A stretch of 51,087 nt of DNA from Paraspadella gotoi (taxonomy: Eukaryota; Animalia; Chaetognatha). Each line of letters starts with the position of its first letter. The stretch's first letter is position 1. The stretch spans positions 21,469,769 to 21,520,855 of the forward strand of contig CM119266.1 in assembly GCA_051294375.1 (NCBI GenBank). The letters run 5' to 3'. Shown piece after piece: positions 24,279 through 37,400 of this stretch. The position numbers and the translations under genes were made by a program. The notes below the pieces were generated by a model. That model had not been told where the DNA came from, ran no database searches, and saw only the letters and a program-made list of their open reading frames with translations.

Positions 24279-24417
24279 CAGCCTCCTCCGCCCCACCCTC
24301 GCCGTGGAAGAGGAAACCCTGGTCGTGCCCGAGGGGCGAACGATTTCGCTCGAGTGCAAAACGGATCAAAAGTCCGTCGTTTGGATCAAAGCCGAGACGG
24401 AGGGAAAGCAGATGCAG
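24279..24417 (+). CDS. Coding exon of an immunoglobulin-superfamily protein (N-terminal half of an Ig domain)
   Basis: Long pyrimidine tract ending CGCAG/CAG (NAGNAG; alternative start 24282) and donor CAG|GTGAGT. Translation SLLRPTLAVEEETLVVPEGRTISLECKTDQKSVVWIKAETEGKQMQ fits the Ig pattern VxxGxxxxLxC...VxWxK; 36 of 46 codons end in G/C. Phase 2 start, phase 0 end. Confidence 0.72.
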
Positions 24418-24600
24418 GTGAGTTCAGCGGCGGGGAGGCTTGGGGATTTGGGTAAGGTCGTTTGGGGAAAACAAAGTCAACTGCAACTTTGATGGACAAA
24501 TTGATTTTAGAATTTGGGGACAGTTTTCTAGTTGTCTCAAAGCGGAACATTTTGATAAAAGCCGATTCCGTAATTATTAATTAATCATCTTCAAGTTAAA

Positions 24601-25214
24601 GCTGAGAAACCTCATGCTTTATAGAATCGTCGTCGCAGAAAATAGACAAGTAAATTGGTCTGTCAAACTCTATCAGATTCCTATGGTTCGTTTCTAACTG
24701 TGCCATTATCCCTCGTAATATATTGCAATTCGCTTCAATACGAAAAAGTCTATGAAATTGGTTTACCCCATCCATCAATTCAATAAATAACCTTTCTGAC
24801 TTTTTACTGGCTATTGTAGCTCATAGTCTAAATCCCATATTTTTTTAATAATCATGAGACGCCAACACATATACATAAACAATTAATACATACAGTATAT
24901 NNNNNNNNNNGCTGAGAAACCTCATGCTTTATAGAATCGTCGTCGCAGAAAATAGACAAGTAAATTGGTCTGTCAAACTCTATCAGATTCCTATGGTTCG
25001 TTTCTAACTGTGCCATTATCCCTCGTAATATATTGCAATTCGCTTCAATACGAAAAAGTCTATGAAATTGGTTTACCCCATCCATCAATTCAATAAATAA
25101 CCTTTCTGACTTTTTACTGGCTATTGTAGCTCATAGTCTAAATCCCATATTTTTTTAATAATCATGAGACGCCAACACACATACATAAACAATTAATACA
25201 TACATACAGTATAT
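24601..25214 (+). other. Uncollapsed allelic duplicate across a 10-N gap
   Basis: 24601-24900 equals 24911-25214 apart from T/C (24870/25180) and one TACA unit; the segment is single in duplication copy 2 (~38633-38960). Confidence 0.9.
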
Positions 25215-26531
25215 GTGGTCTCAACGCAGAAAAATAATCGTTGTTCGTTGCAGTTGACTTTGTCGTTACTGTATTTGCCGTGACAGGTCGATTCGAAAAT
25301 GTCGCATTGTCTCCATTGTCTCGCATTGTCTCCACTTTTCTTCCGACGTTTGTTTGAGAGGTTTTCTTGGAGTTTCGAGATTGTGGGAGAAAGTAATGAG
25401 GGGAAGAGGGAAAAGGAAAGAGGGAAAGCGGGGAAGAGGGAAAGGGAAAGGGGGGAAGCGGGGAAGAGGGAAGAGCGGAAAAGAGGCAAAGTGGGAAAAT
25501 GATTTGCAAGTATTTCGCCAACACAAAATCTCTCTCGGGAGGAGATTTAAAGATTAAAAATTAAACCTCATTTAAATATTAAAGATTAAAAAGTAGAAAG
25601 TTTGTACCGGATGATTTTTACCGGCGCCGACGTCACTTCTCGGCATCGAGAATGCTTAGCGATTGGAATTCAAACAGAGAAACTCTCGTTCGCTTCGTCC
25701 GTGCAGCCGCGCGCCGGAATCCGTCTGTCCGACGCCGCTGGAGACCAGGCGCGCGACGCCTGTTGAAAGGCACAGGCTCCCGTCGCGCGTTCCGACGAGC
25801 CGACATATGAATGCCCGGTACATTTCGAGACCGGAAACGTGACGACGCCGACGCCGACGCCGACGACGCCGCCGACGCCGCTTAGACGGACGGCCGTGAA
25901 TTTTTGCGTCTTTAAAAGAGAAACGAAGCGGAAGGAACGCGTAAACAAACCGAGGAAGGTGGCGCGACCGCGACGTGATGGCATCGTGATGGCGCGATGA
26001 CGGCGCAATGATGGCGAAATAATGAAATAACGAGAGTGAGAGCCAACGGAATGGCAATTTTTGGCTCTGCGTCATCACGAACAGAAGCTAAAAAGTTAGA
26101 TTTATTTTTTTCTTTCTTCATTAAATGTAACGAAAAATGAGAAATCGTTTAACGAAAAAAAAAATACTCGTCATCTTTCCCTCAAAAAAAAATTTCCGAC
26201 GACGTCGATAATTTGAAATAAAAAATTATAAAGAAAAAATTTCTCATAAAATTAATAACCGAATGAACATATCACGCGTTGCCATCACTCGCTCTCTCTC
26301 TCCTTCGTATATTAAATTAATTTCGTTTTTAACAGTTTATCTTTCATGCAAAAAAATGAGGGAAACTCGGCGCTCATTCGAGACTTCGTTTCATTCGCGG
26401 GAGAAAAAAAAATCGATCGCACGAATTCAATTGAAGGAAAATTCAAAACAAAATCAAAACAAGAGAAAAATGAAGAAAAGAAGAGAGATCGAAAGGGAAT
26501 TGGAAAAAAAAGGGGAGATGAATAAAAACAT

Positions 26532-26866
26532 GGGCTCTGTTTTCCAAAAGCGAGTCATTTCTGTTCATTTATCCCGGAATTTAGTTTTAATCTTAATATT
26601 TAACTTAAATATGCTTTTAAACTTATAACCAAATTCCTAACCCTAATCCACAACCTTAATCCTAAACCCTAAATCTAAATCGTTATCCCTAAATATTAAA
26701 CCTAACTTGCAAACCTTAAACCCTTATCTCTTAAATCCTAATAACTAAACTATTCCCTAACCCTAGTCACTAACCTAATCCAAACCAAATATTTAACCTA
26801 ATCTTTAATTAAAAAAGATAAACTTATTCTAAATTTAAGATAAAATGGGGCGTTCTCGGAAAATGG
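26532..26866. mobile_element. Second member of the CCCTAA-core MITE family
   Basis: Starts GGGCTCTGTTTTCCAAAAGCGAGTCATTTCTGTTCATTTATCCC, has a longer degenerate CCCTAA core and ends GATAAAATGGGGCGTTCTCGGAAAAT; both ends resemble 19868-20131. Confidence 0.55.
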
Positions 26867-27259
26867 AAAGACGGAGAGAGAAGGACGGAATGAAAATATG
26901 GGGGATTGAAATAAAGAATTTTTTTAAAAACGCTGAATCCGCCATTTTGAGACTGAAATCAATAACAAAAAAAAAATCATTGACAAATGTTGGGTACATT
27001 ACCTGAACCATTCGAGACTATTTTCGTACAAACTGAATTACGGTTACATACAAACTAGCGAAGCAAATGGCCTGTGATAAGCAAACAGTTTGAAAACATT
27101 ATGTAAAAGTTACGAGCGTCTTTGTCACGTTCAATGTGGCGACAAGAATCAACTGCTGAGACTTTTTTCTCGAACCAGAATGTGTTTGCGTGGATTCTTT
27201 AAAAGGAAATGAGGGAAAAGACGAGTTGAGTTGGGGGGCAAAAAACGAGGGGAAAAAGG

Positions 27260-27279
27260 AAGAAAGAAAGAAAGAAATA

Positions 27280-27373
<94 letters not shown>
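27260..27373. repeat. (GAAA)n microsatellite
   Basis: About 28 units, nearly perfect. Confidence 0.97.
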
Positions 27374-27374
<1 letters not shown>

Positions 27375-27782
27375 GAAAAAATAAGGAAAGAAAGAAACAA
27401 AGAAAGAAACAAATAAGCAAAGAAAAAAACACTTACACAAACAATAAAAAAAAATATAAGGATAGAAAAAATATTTGAAGAAAAACAAGATCACAAGACA
27501 AACAGGAAAAAAAAATTAAGAAATTAAAATAAAAAACTTAGAACAAAATAAGAAAAGGAAAAAAAAACCTCTGAAATGGAGTATCGAGGCTAAAACGATC
27601 CTTGAGATTCGAAGTGGCAGCGGAACCCAAATCCCTAACGAAGAGGATCTTAAGACTCGACCAACACTTAGTCCCACTTATCGACGTTTTTCTCGTCAAC
27701 GTCCGATGCCTCCTCTTCCTCCTTCCTCCTTCCTCCTTCCACTTCCCTTTTCTTTTCTCCTTTTCTTTCTTCCCTTCTCTTC

Positions 27783-27910
27783 TCTTTCTCCATTGCCCCT
27801 TTTCTTTTCTCCTTTTCTTTCTTTTCTTTTCTTCTCTTTCTCCATTGCCCCTTTTCTTTTCTCCTTTTCTTTCTTTCCTTTCCTTCTCTTTCTCCATTGC
27901 CCTTTTCCTT
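27783..27910. repeat. ~52 bp pyrimidine-rich tandem repeat, ~2.5 copies
   Basis: TCTTTCTCCATTGCCC(C)TTTTC recurs at ~27783, 27836 and 27888. Confidence 0.75.
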
Positions 27911-29277
27911 TCCTTCTTTTCTTTCTTTTCTTCTCTTATCATTACCCCTTTACTTTCCTCCTTTTCTTAATTTTCTTTTCTTAATTTTCTTTTCTTCTCT
28001 TTCTCTTCTCTTCACTTTACCCATCGTCCCTTTTCTTTCTCTTCTCATTCTATTGGTGCAAAAAATTGGTGCAACCAATATGATAATATCCAGTTTTTAA
28101 TTCAATGAAATAATCTATGTTGCCTCCTGAGTCCTGACAATATGTAAATGAGATTGAGGAACTCAATCTGATTTGAAATAATCAACAAATTAATCTGCCT
28201 CACTGCCACTGGTCGATGTTTTTAATTGAGACTCTCTCAAAATCTATTTTAATAACTCTTAGGAAACATGGCTTTCTTCTCAATGAAAGTTCTATGATAG
28301 TCTTTCAATTTTATAAAAGAATCATTTCTTTCTCTTCTCTTCCTCACTTTCTTCTCCTTTCCCTCTGCCCCTATTTTTCCTTAAACGCCCGTCATATCAG
28401 TTTTTCAATCCTTTCGGTTTTCCTTCCATTTTTCCCCCTTTCCATAATCACTCTACCAATATTCATCATTCTTCCCTATTTCTTCCGTCTTTCTCTCCTT
28501 CTCCCCCTCCTCCTCCTCCTCCTCATTCCCCTCCTCCTCATTTTGGTTTTTCTCGCTTCGTTTTTCCTCGCAGTTTTTTGTTTTTTTTTCGCGACTCAAT
28601 TGGGAAAAGCGGTTTTCAGGTGCGCCTCCTGCCTCGCCTCGCCGTCCCGCCGTTTCCTCGCCGAGTCTCGAGTTCGGTGCGAACTTTTATAAACTTTAGA
28701 AAATTAAAACGGTCGCAAGGTGAACGGTGAACGACGACGACGACGACTTCAAAGTCGACGGCCCAATGGGCAATTGCCATGCGACCATCTGAGCTTCGAA
28801 TATATATCGATTTCAGTTGGTTTCCCCCTTCCCACGACACGAAGTTTAAAAACTCATCATAATTTTCTTAAAACGCGACGACGACAATAAAAAACTTGTC
28901 TAATGAAGCGAGATAAAGACTCGGTCCCCCACATTATTAAACTGTCTCCAGAATCTCGCGAAATGACAATTAGGAAGATTTCACTCCCAGCCTTAGAAGA
29001 TTTAGGTCGGACGACGATGCTTAGCTAAGCAAAAGATTGGTCTCTCTGTTGACGGCGACAACGTGGGAGGCGGCGGCGACGACGACGACGACGACGATTA
29101 CCCTGGCCACCGTCGTCGATTTAACCAAGAAGCTTTAACCATCTAACGAGGAAATTAACGAATTCTTCTCTCGGAGAATTCATTATTCACGACGGGGCCC
29201 CTTCCTCGGCGCGAGTCGTTGCATATGCAAAGGACGGGGCCCCGTTAAATTAGCCCCCGGAAGTCCTTGTCGAGGAG

Positions 29278-29344
<67 letters not shown>

Positions 29345-29348
29345 GAGA

Positions 29349-29381
<33 letters not shown>

Positions 29382-29505
29382 CGAAAACAAAGACAATCGC
29401 ATTCATTCAAAATGTATGTTTGAAATTCCGGAGTCTGGAGGCTGTGAGAGGAAGAGAAAAAAGCTTTTCGAGCGCGAGAGGATTAATGAAAAGGGCCTCG
29501 GGATA

Positions 29506-29540
<35 letters not shown>

Positions 29541-30936
29541 CTTTATGATTATGATGGAAAAGACGATATTATCTGAGCAGTGAGCACTTGCAGTAAAAAA
29601 GCAAGTTATCAAGAAGTACTTATCAGTGGCTTTTTGTTTGTCAACTCTTATCTTCGTTTCCTTTTGTTATTTTTCTGTCTTTTGTTTTCTCATTTCTTTT
29701 TCGTCCGTCTTGTCGCCATCTGCTTCAGACTTTCGCCACATATAACCTCCCCGAGGATGAATATCGGATTCATTCCCTTTCATTCTTTCATTTTTTCTGT
29801 AACTCTCTCTCTCTCTCTCTCCTCATCTCTCTTTCTCTCTCTGCTCTCTCTCAGCCTCTCTCTCTCTCTCTCTCTCTCTGTACTCTCGTCTCTCCGTCTC
29901 TCTGCCTCTCTTCTCGTCGATCCTTCTCTTCTATCGTACCTCCCTCTCGTCGTCCTCCATCTCCTGACAGCACTTCTCTCCTTCGTCTCCGTCGTCTGTC
30001 TCTCTGTCTCTTCTCTCTATCTCTCCACTCTCCTCCTTAATTTTTATCTTGTTTTTTTCTTTCTCGTCTCTTGCGGCCGCCAAAAAAGAAAAATCGATTC
30101 CTTTCCGTTTTAAATTCCTTTGTTTCTTTAACACCCTGGCGGCCTTTTCTGCGCCGACGCGTTCCAATCGGACTTTTTTCTTTCCTTTCTTTATTCTCTC
30201 TTTCTTTCTTCTTTTTCTTTCTCCTTCAATTTTTTATTTCCCTTCTTTTTCCTTCCTCCCTTTTTGTCTCTCCTCCTGTTTGTCCTTTCCTCCATTTTTT
30301 CTTGCCTCCTTTTTTTCTCTTTTCACATTTTTTCTTTTCATAATTTTTTCTTTCCCTCTTTTTTCATCTTTTTTGTTCTTTCTTCCTTTTTATTTCCTCC
30401 TTTTTTCTTTCGCTCTCTTTTTTCTTTTTCCTTTTTTCATCCCTTGTTGTTCTTCTTCTTTTTTCTTCTCCTCCTTTTTTCTTTCCTGCTCTTTTTTCTT
30501 TCCTCCATTGTTTCTTCTTTCCTCTCTTTTTTTCTTCCTCTCTTTTTTCTTTCTCTGCTTTTTGTCTTTCGTTCGCTTATTTTTCTTGTTTACTTTTTCG
30601 CTGTTTTTATTCCTTTTTTTTCTTTCTTCGCCCCTCTTTTATCCGCAGTGGAAGGAGAGAGGGAGAGAGGAGAGAGGAGAGGAGCGAGAAAGAGACAGAG
30701 AGAGAGAAGAAAAAGATAAGAAAGCAGCCCGATTCTTTTTTCTTTACTTATTCGATTTAGTGGATTTAATCTTAGGCTCAGAAAACAAAAACTGTGAGTG
30801 CGCACTCGTTTGGGATAAAAAGCACGGAGACAAACGCGAATAATAAAACAGAGGGGGGGGCGGGGGGGCGGTGTTACTATCTCAGCAAGATATGCGATCG
30901 TCGACCGGAAGTAAGATTCTTTTGGGATTCTTTTTT

Positions 30937-30969
<33 letters not shown>

Positions 30970-31379
30970 TCTCTCTCCCTCTCTCATCTCTCCTCTCTCT
31001 CTCTCTCTCTCCACTTCTCTCTCTCTCCTCTCTCCTGGTGTGACTCTCCATTTTTCTCCTCGCGTTTTCTCTCATTTGCTTCGTCGCCTTTCCTTAATTT
31101 CTAGTTCCTCTCCTCTCTCTCCTTTCCTTTCCTTTTTTATATTAAGCCATCTAGAAATAACCATTACGATTATGAATTGCGTGTCTCCCTCGGTTTTTTT
31201 TTTCTTTTTATCGTCAACTGCAACGTCAGAGACAGACAGCTGTCATTGTCGTATTAAAATACAAATTTTCTTTATTTTATTTATTTTTTTATACATTTTA
31301 CAATGAAAGCCTGCCCTAGCACTCGCGCTCTTACTGTAATAACAAGCGAGAAAANNNNNNNNNNNNNNNNNNNNNNNNN

Positions 31380-31525
31380 TCTCTCTCTCTCTCTCTCCTC
31401 CTTAATTTTTATTCTTGTTTTTTCTCTCTCTTCGGCCGCCAAAGAAAAATCGATCCTTTTCCCGTTTTATCCTTTTGTTTCTTTACACCGCGGCTTTTCT
31501 GCGCCGACGCGTCCATCGGGACTTT

Positions 31526-31561
<36 letters not shown>

Positions 31562-32280
31562 TCCTCAATTTTTATTTCCCTCCTCTTTTTCCTTCCTCCC
31601 TTTTTGTCTCTCCTTTCCTGTTTGTCCTTTCCTCCATTTTTTTCTTGCCTCCTTTTTTTCTTTTCACATTTTTTCTTTTCATAATCTTTTTTTCTTTCCT
31701 TCTTTTTTCATCTTTTTTGTTCTTTCTTCCTTTTTATTTCCTCCTTTTTTCTTTCGCTCTCTTTTTTCTTTTTCCTTTTTTCATCCCTTGTTGTTCTTCT
31801 TCTTTTTTCTTCTCCTCCTTTTTTCTTTCCTGCTCTTTTTTCTTTCCTCCATTGTTTCTTCTTTCCTCTCTTTTTTTCTTCCTCTCTTTTTTCTTTCTCT
31901 GCTTTTTGTCTTTCGTTCGCTTATTTTTCTTGTTTACTTTTTCGCTGTTTTTATTCCTTTTTTTTCTTTCTTCGCCCCTCTTTTATCCGCAGTGGAAGGA
32001 GAGAGGGAGAGAGGAGAGAGGAGAGGAGCGAGAAAGAGACAGAGAGAGAGAAGAAAAAGATAAGAAAGCAGCCCGATTCTTTTTTCTTTACTTATTCGAT
32101 TTAGTGGATTTAATCTTAGGCTCAGAAAACAAAAACTGTGAGTGCGCACTCGTTTGGGATAAAAAGCACGGAGACAAACGCGAATAATAAAACAGAGGGG
32201 GGGGCGGGGGGGCGGTGTTACTATCTCAGCAAGATATGCGATCGTCGACCGGAAGTAAGATTCTTTTGGGATTCTTTTTT

Positions 32281-32313
<33 letters not shown>

Positions 32314-33192
32314 TCTCTCTCCCTCTCTCATCTCTCCTCTCTCTCTCTCTCTCTCCACTTCTCTCTCTCTCCTCTCTCCTGGTGTGACTCTCCATTTTTC
32401 TCCTCGCGTTTTCTCTCATTTGCTTCGTCGCCTTTCCTTAATTTCTAGTTCCTCTCCTCTCTCTCCTTTCCTTTCCTTTTTTATATTAAGCCATCTAGAA
32501 ATAACCATTACGATTATGAATTGCGTGTCTCCCTCGGTTTTTTTTTTCTTTTTATCGTCAACTGCAACGTCAGAGACAGACAGCTGTCATTGTCGTATTA
32601 AAATACAAATTTTCTTTATTTTATTTATTTTTTTATACATTTTACAATGAAAGCCTGCCCTAGCACTCGCGCTCTTACTGTAATAACAAGCGAGAAAANN
32701 NNNNNNNNNNNNNNNNNNNNNNNTTTGTTCTTTCTTCCCTTTTTTATTTCCTCCTTTTTTCTTTCCTCTCTTTTTTCTTTTCTCCTTTTTTCATCCCTTT
32801 TGTTCTTTCTTCCCTTTTTTCTTTCCTCCTTTTTTCTTTCCTCTCTTTTTTCTTTCCTCCATTGTTTCTTTCCTCTCTTTTTTTCTTTCCTCTCTTTTTT
32901 CTTCTCTGCCTTTTTGTCTTTCCTTCCTTATTTTTTCTTGTTTACTTTTTCGCCTGTTTTTATATCCTTTTTTTTTTCTTTCTTCGCTCCCTCCTTTTAT
33001 CCGCAAGTGGAAGGAGAGAGGGAGAGAGGAGAGAGAGAGAGAGAGAGAGAAAGAGACAGAGAGAGAGAAGAAAAAGAAGAAAGCAGCCCGATTCTTTTTT
33101 CTTTACTTATTCGATTTAGTGGAATTTAAGTCTTAGGCTCACGAAACAAAAACTGTGAGTGCGCAACTCCGTTTGGGATAAAAGGAGGAGAT
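31380..33192 (+). other. Redundant partial copies between 25-N gaps
   Basis: 31380-32698 repeats ~30020-31354 (last ~990 bp identical); 32724-33192 repeats ~30372-30830. Confidence 0.92.
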
Positions 33193-34355
33193 GACATGGC
33201 ATTATCTCCAAGGGGGCTTTTTTCTTTTTAAGAACTTGAGGGGGGTTTGGGGAAGATAAAGGGAGGAGCTGGTGAGGGGGCCGATCCCTGCGCACTTTCA
33301 TTTCGAACGAACAAACACTTAGTGGATAATTCTTTCGCTTCATTCCCCCTCGCCCCCCTTCCTCTCTTTTCGACTCCACCTTTAAATTCCTCCACTTGCT
33401 TCTCCTCCTCCTCCTCCTCCTCCTCCTCCTCCTCCTCCTCCTCCAAGCCGGTCTCGACATGTAATTACGCCAGCTCATAATTGGCCCGGGCGACGCATCC
33501 ATCTTCCGGCCATTTTTCCTCCCACACCCGACTCTGAGTTATTGTACGCGGGCAACTTATATTCATTATTTCCGGCCCGTCGCCTTCTTTTTCCCTTTTT
33601 TTTCTCTTTTAGTTTTTTGTTTTTTTTTGTTTTTTTTAATAGACCTCTTTTTTTTAATCATCTTTCTTTTTCTTTTTATTTTTTTCTCACAACGCTCAAC
33701 ACTTTTTTCGTCTCCTTTGGGGGAGCTCTCTTTACGCCAGAAGCGCCCCGTTTCTGTTTCTTTTATCCCAGAATTTTATTTTAATTATAAATATTTAATG
33801 CTATAGGCATGTTGTTAAATTATCAAAAAAAATTCATACACCCCAAATCCCTGCATCCTCAAATACAAACCCAATCCTAACATTAAACTCGCTTAATAAA
33901 TCCCTACCTAATCCGTTACTTAAGAAATTAAACCTTAATTCCCAATAAATACAAATATATATAATAGATAAAATGAGCCATTCTTGAAAATAAAGCCCTT
34001 TTTCGTTTTTTTTCCTGCACTGTTTCAGTGTTCAGACTTTGTTCCGGCTAGTTTACTTTTTTTTTCTCGTTTTTCACTTCCCTTCACGTTGTTTTTTTTC
34101 CTTTTTTTTTCTCAGGCTTTTATTTTTCTTTTTCCTCCAGATGTGGGAAACAGAGAAATAAAAAAAAAAAAAAGAAAGACTAGTGAATATATGTAGGAAA
34201 GAGGAAGTTGAGAAAGAGGAAAAGAAGGAAGGATACAAAGGGTAAGGAAGGGTGAGTCAAAGGGAGGAACTCCTCAGGGCGAGAGTCGGTTCCAGTTCAC
34301 CTTTGACGTTTGACCTTTTCGCGCGAACCTCACTGCCCAGAGTGAAATCAGTCGC

Positions 34356-34401
<46 letters not shown>

Positions 34402-34402
34402 G

Positions 34403-34458
<56 letters not shown>

Positions 34459-37400
34459 AAATTCCCAATGCGTACTTACCCCTCTTCAACTCTTCAAACT
34501 GTCCTCCCATCACCTCGAGATACCATGGGGTTTTCAACTCAGCCTGCACCTCCTCGCGTCTGCTCTCTTCTCGAGGCCTTCGTACCCACCAGAGCAACTT
34601 CCTGACGCTCCGGCCCCCTTGGGACCCTCTAAAGGCTCCGCAGCCTTCCCGCCGTTTCGTTGCGTTTTCCAATCTTTGACACTTCGAACTACAGACGGGG
34701 GAGACAGCCGGTTTAGGACAGGCTACAGGGGTTAAAAGAGCAGTCGAGTTTGAGAATTTCAAAAAGCTGTTCGTCAATTGTAATTTCAAAGTTTAAAGAA
34801 TCAGAAATGAAGTTATCCGTGTAAGAAAAGTAGTGCAATTTCCCATTCCCGATGAAAAATATGCCCCAAATAACATCTGGGGGGAAGAAGAACGAAAGTT
34901 TAAAGAAAACTGCTTTTTTTTTAAGTTGATCATTTGCTCTCGCATTTTATAAAAAATTCTTCTTTGATTCTTTCTGTTAAGACGTTTCTTTTCGTTAACG
35001 TTTTTAGATTTAGATTTTTTTAGAATTATAAAACAACGGGTTTTATTACCAAAATATCGGACATTAGGAAGACACTAAAAATCATAGGAGTCGAAACATG
35101 CCCGTTATTTTTTCCAAATAATAATCCGTTGTTTTAAAAACAAAACAAATAAAAAAACTTTTTTCTCTTTAATGCCTTTGAACTCTCTTTTTAAAAGGTG
35201 TTAAGTTTCCGATATTTTTTTTTATTGCGTAAAGAGTTCTATAAGAATTAAAAATTAACAAAATTTCTAATCCTCGAGACGCATAGCAGCTCTAGCCTTT
35301 GTTTCTCCTTTCGGTTTTCTCAGGGTAAGGAACTGTCTTCACCCTTCAGCGGTCTCGTTTCTTTCCTCCGATGCACGTGACTCACTCCGCCATTTTTCTT
35401 TCCCCTCAGCTTTCTGCTTTTCTTCTACTCGTGCGACGCCGGGACATTTTTCCCCGCACTCGCGACTCGCGAACTCGACGAATCGCGCGAGAGAAAATGT
35501 CCGGGAGATTTCGCGCGGAATTCCAACGCAGTCGTCAGCTTCTCGATCCCGTTTGGCGATTCCATTCCCAATTCATTTATTTTCCGAAGTCGTTATCTTT
35601 GTTTATTCCAAACGAGTCTCCTGTCATCTATTTTACTTGAAGTTCTTCAACGTTCTGACAAACACTTCAATACAATTTTATTATTATTTATTTATTTATT
35701 AATTTATTATTCTTCACAAAATGGTCGCTTTATAATCTGTCGTCAGTGAATTTGGAAATAGTTAAGAACTCAGCGATGTGCCTCGATAGAGAATTAAAGA
35801 TCTTTGGTAAATACTTATTGCATCTACTATGAATAAATTTTAGCAATACTCGTTGCGAAAACTTCTTATGTTATGGCGCCCGAAAATTCAGCTCGAGGAA
35901 AAGAAGTTTTGGAAATGAAGCGAATTTGAGAAAACATTTCGCGTTTTCGCAGTCCAGCGATTTCAAATTCGAAAAAAAAACAAGAGCGGTAAATTCCAAT
36001 GTGTTTTGCGTCCGGCAGTGACTTTATTTTCACGTGATCAATGAATCTGACGTCAGCATGACATGAACATGACTAAAAAACTTTTTGCCCGTGTATTTAT
36101 TGAGCAATTGCAGCTGCATCAAAAATTTTTGTCTTTTATTCTTTATAATGTTTAGGAATACCTGAAGGCGGCGCTGGAGTTCTTAGATTTTAGGGATTTT
36201 TTCTGTCTTAATAAATGAGGGCAACTTACTATAGGGGCATATTATATGCATTTTTAATGTAATGGGATAGACCAACAGAGCAGACATCACCGACGGACGC
36301 GACCGAAAAGTGACTTTATAGAGTGCTTCGCGAGTTACTCGCGGGGCAACTAAAAATGGCACGTGAAATTCAAGGTTTAAGTTTCAACTGAAGAAGGGCG
36401 AAAATCGAAAACAAGAGAAAAGTGAAGTCGTTTTGGCGGAGAAAAAAAAAATGTTTTTTTATGGTTTGAGTCGAGACTTAAGAAAGTAGATGGGCAGAAG
36501 TTGCTCTAAGGAAAACTAAAAACGTTGTTATTTTTGAATTTCAGTAGGTATGGGAAGCGCTCCTTTTTATAAAATTGAAAACACCGACAAAACTATTTTT
36601 TTGAAATTTATTATACCAAGTTCATGTGATAGGGAAGCCAAGGTGCTTTCGGATTTAATAGCATAAACTAATCACTGAGACAGAAGATTATTATACTAAA
36701 TAGGTATGTCCAAAAAATATTTTAGACTGTTATAAATCTTGGTAATGAGATTAAACAATAAGTTTTTAAACATTTTTCTTTCAAACCGCGCGGAGAAAAC
36801 CAGCAGTTGCTTTTACTGCATGAAAAAATGGCATTTAATATTAAAGAATTTCAAAAAGATTAATATATCGTCTAAAAAGGCTAGGAGAGAGGCATTATAC
36901 AAATATTTATTCAGATTTTAAAAAAAAACATTAAGTTTTTATAGTAATGATTTTTTAAAAATTTTGTCTGATATGGTTCTCCCCTGTACACTGTGTACAG
37001 AAACGGCATTCATGCTCAATCGATTCCTCTTTTAAACTAATCCATAAATTATTCTCTTTCCGCTTAAAGTTAAACAATGTCTTTAAGCAAGCACACGTCG
37101 CAGCAAGGCTTTTAACTCGCCCACCCGAGACCGCGTCTCTTTTTATTTCAACGCCGCGCGATTATTTATGAATGGAAATCATTTGTTCGTTTTGCCTTCG
37201 ATGTGATTTTGTCTTTTTTTTTCATCACTTTGTCTTTCGGCTTATTGCGCGCGAGTTGGCAGTGGCAGGGGGGGGGAGATTTTTCTCGGCGGTATCGAAT
37301 ACGCAGTTCGCAGTATCGAAACAATGCTGCGCATCTCTTTCTCATCTCTCTCTCTAGACTCGCCACGTTTTCAGCGTTTTTCCAGCCTCCATTCACGACA

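Noticed and set aside
24596-25088. Two identical minus-strand ORFs (MMDGVNQF...) suggesting a gene duplication
   Set aside because: Produced by the uncollapsed 300 bp allelic duplicate; AT-rich, no domain.
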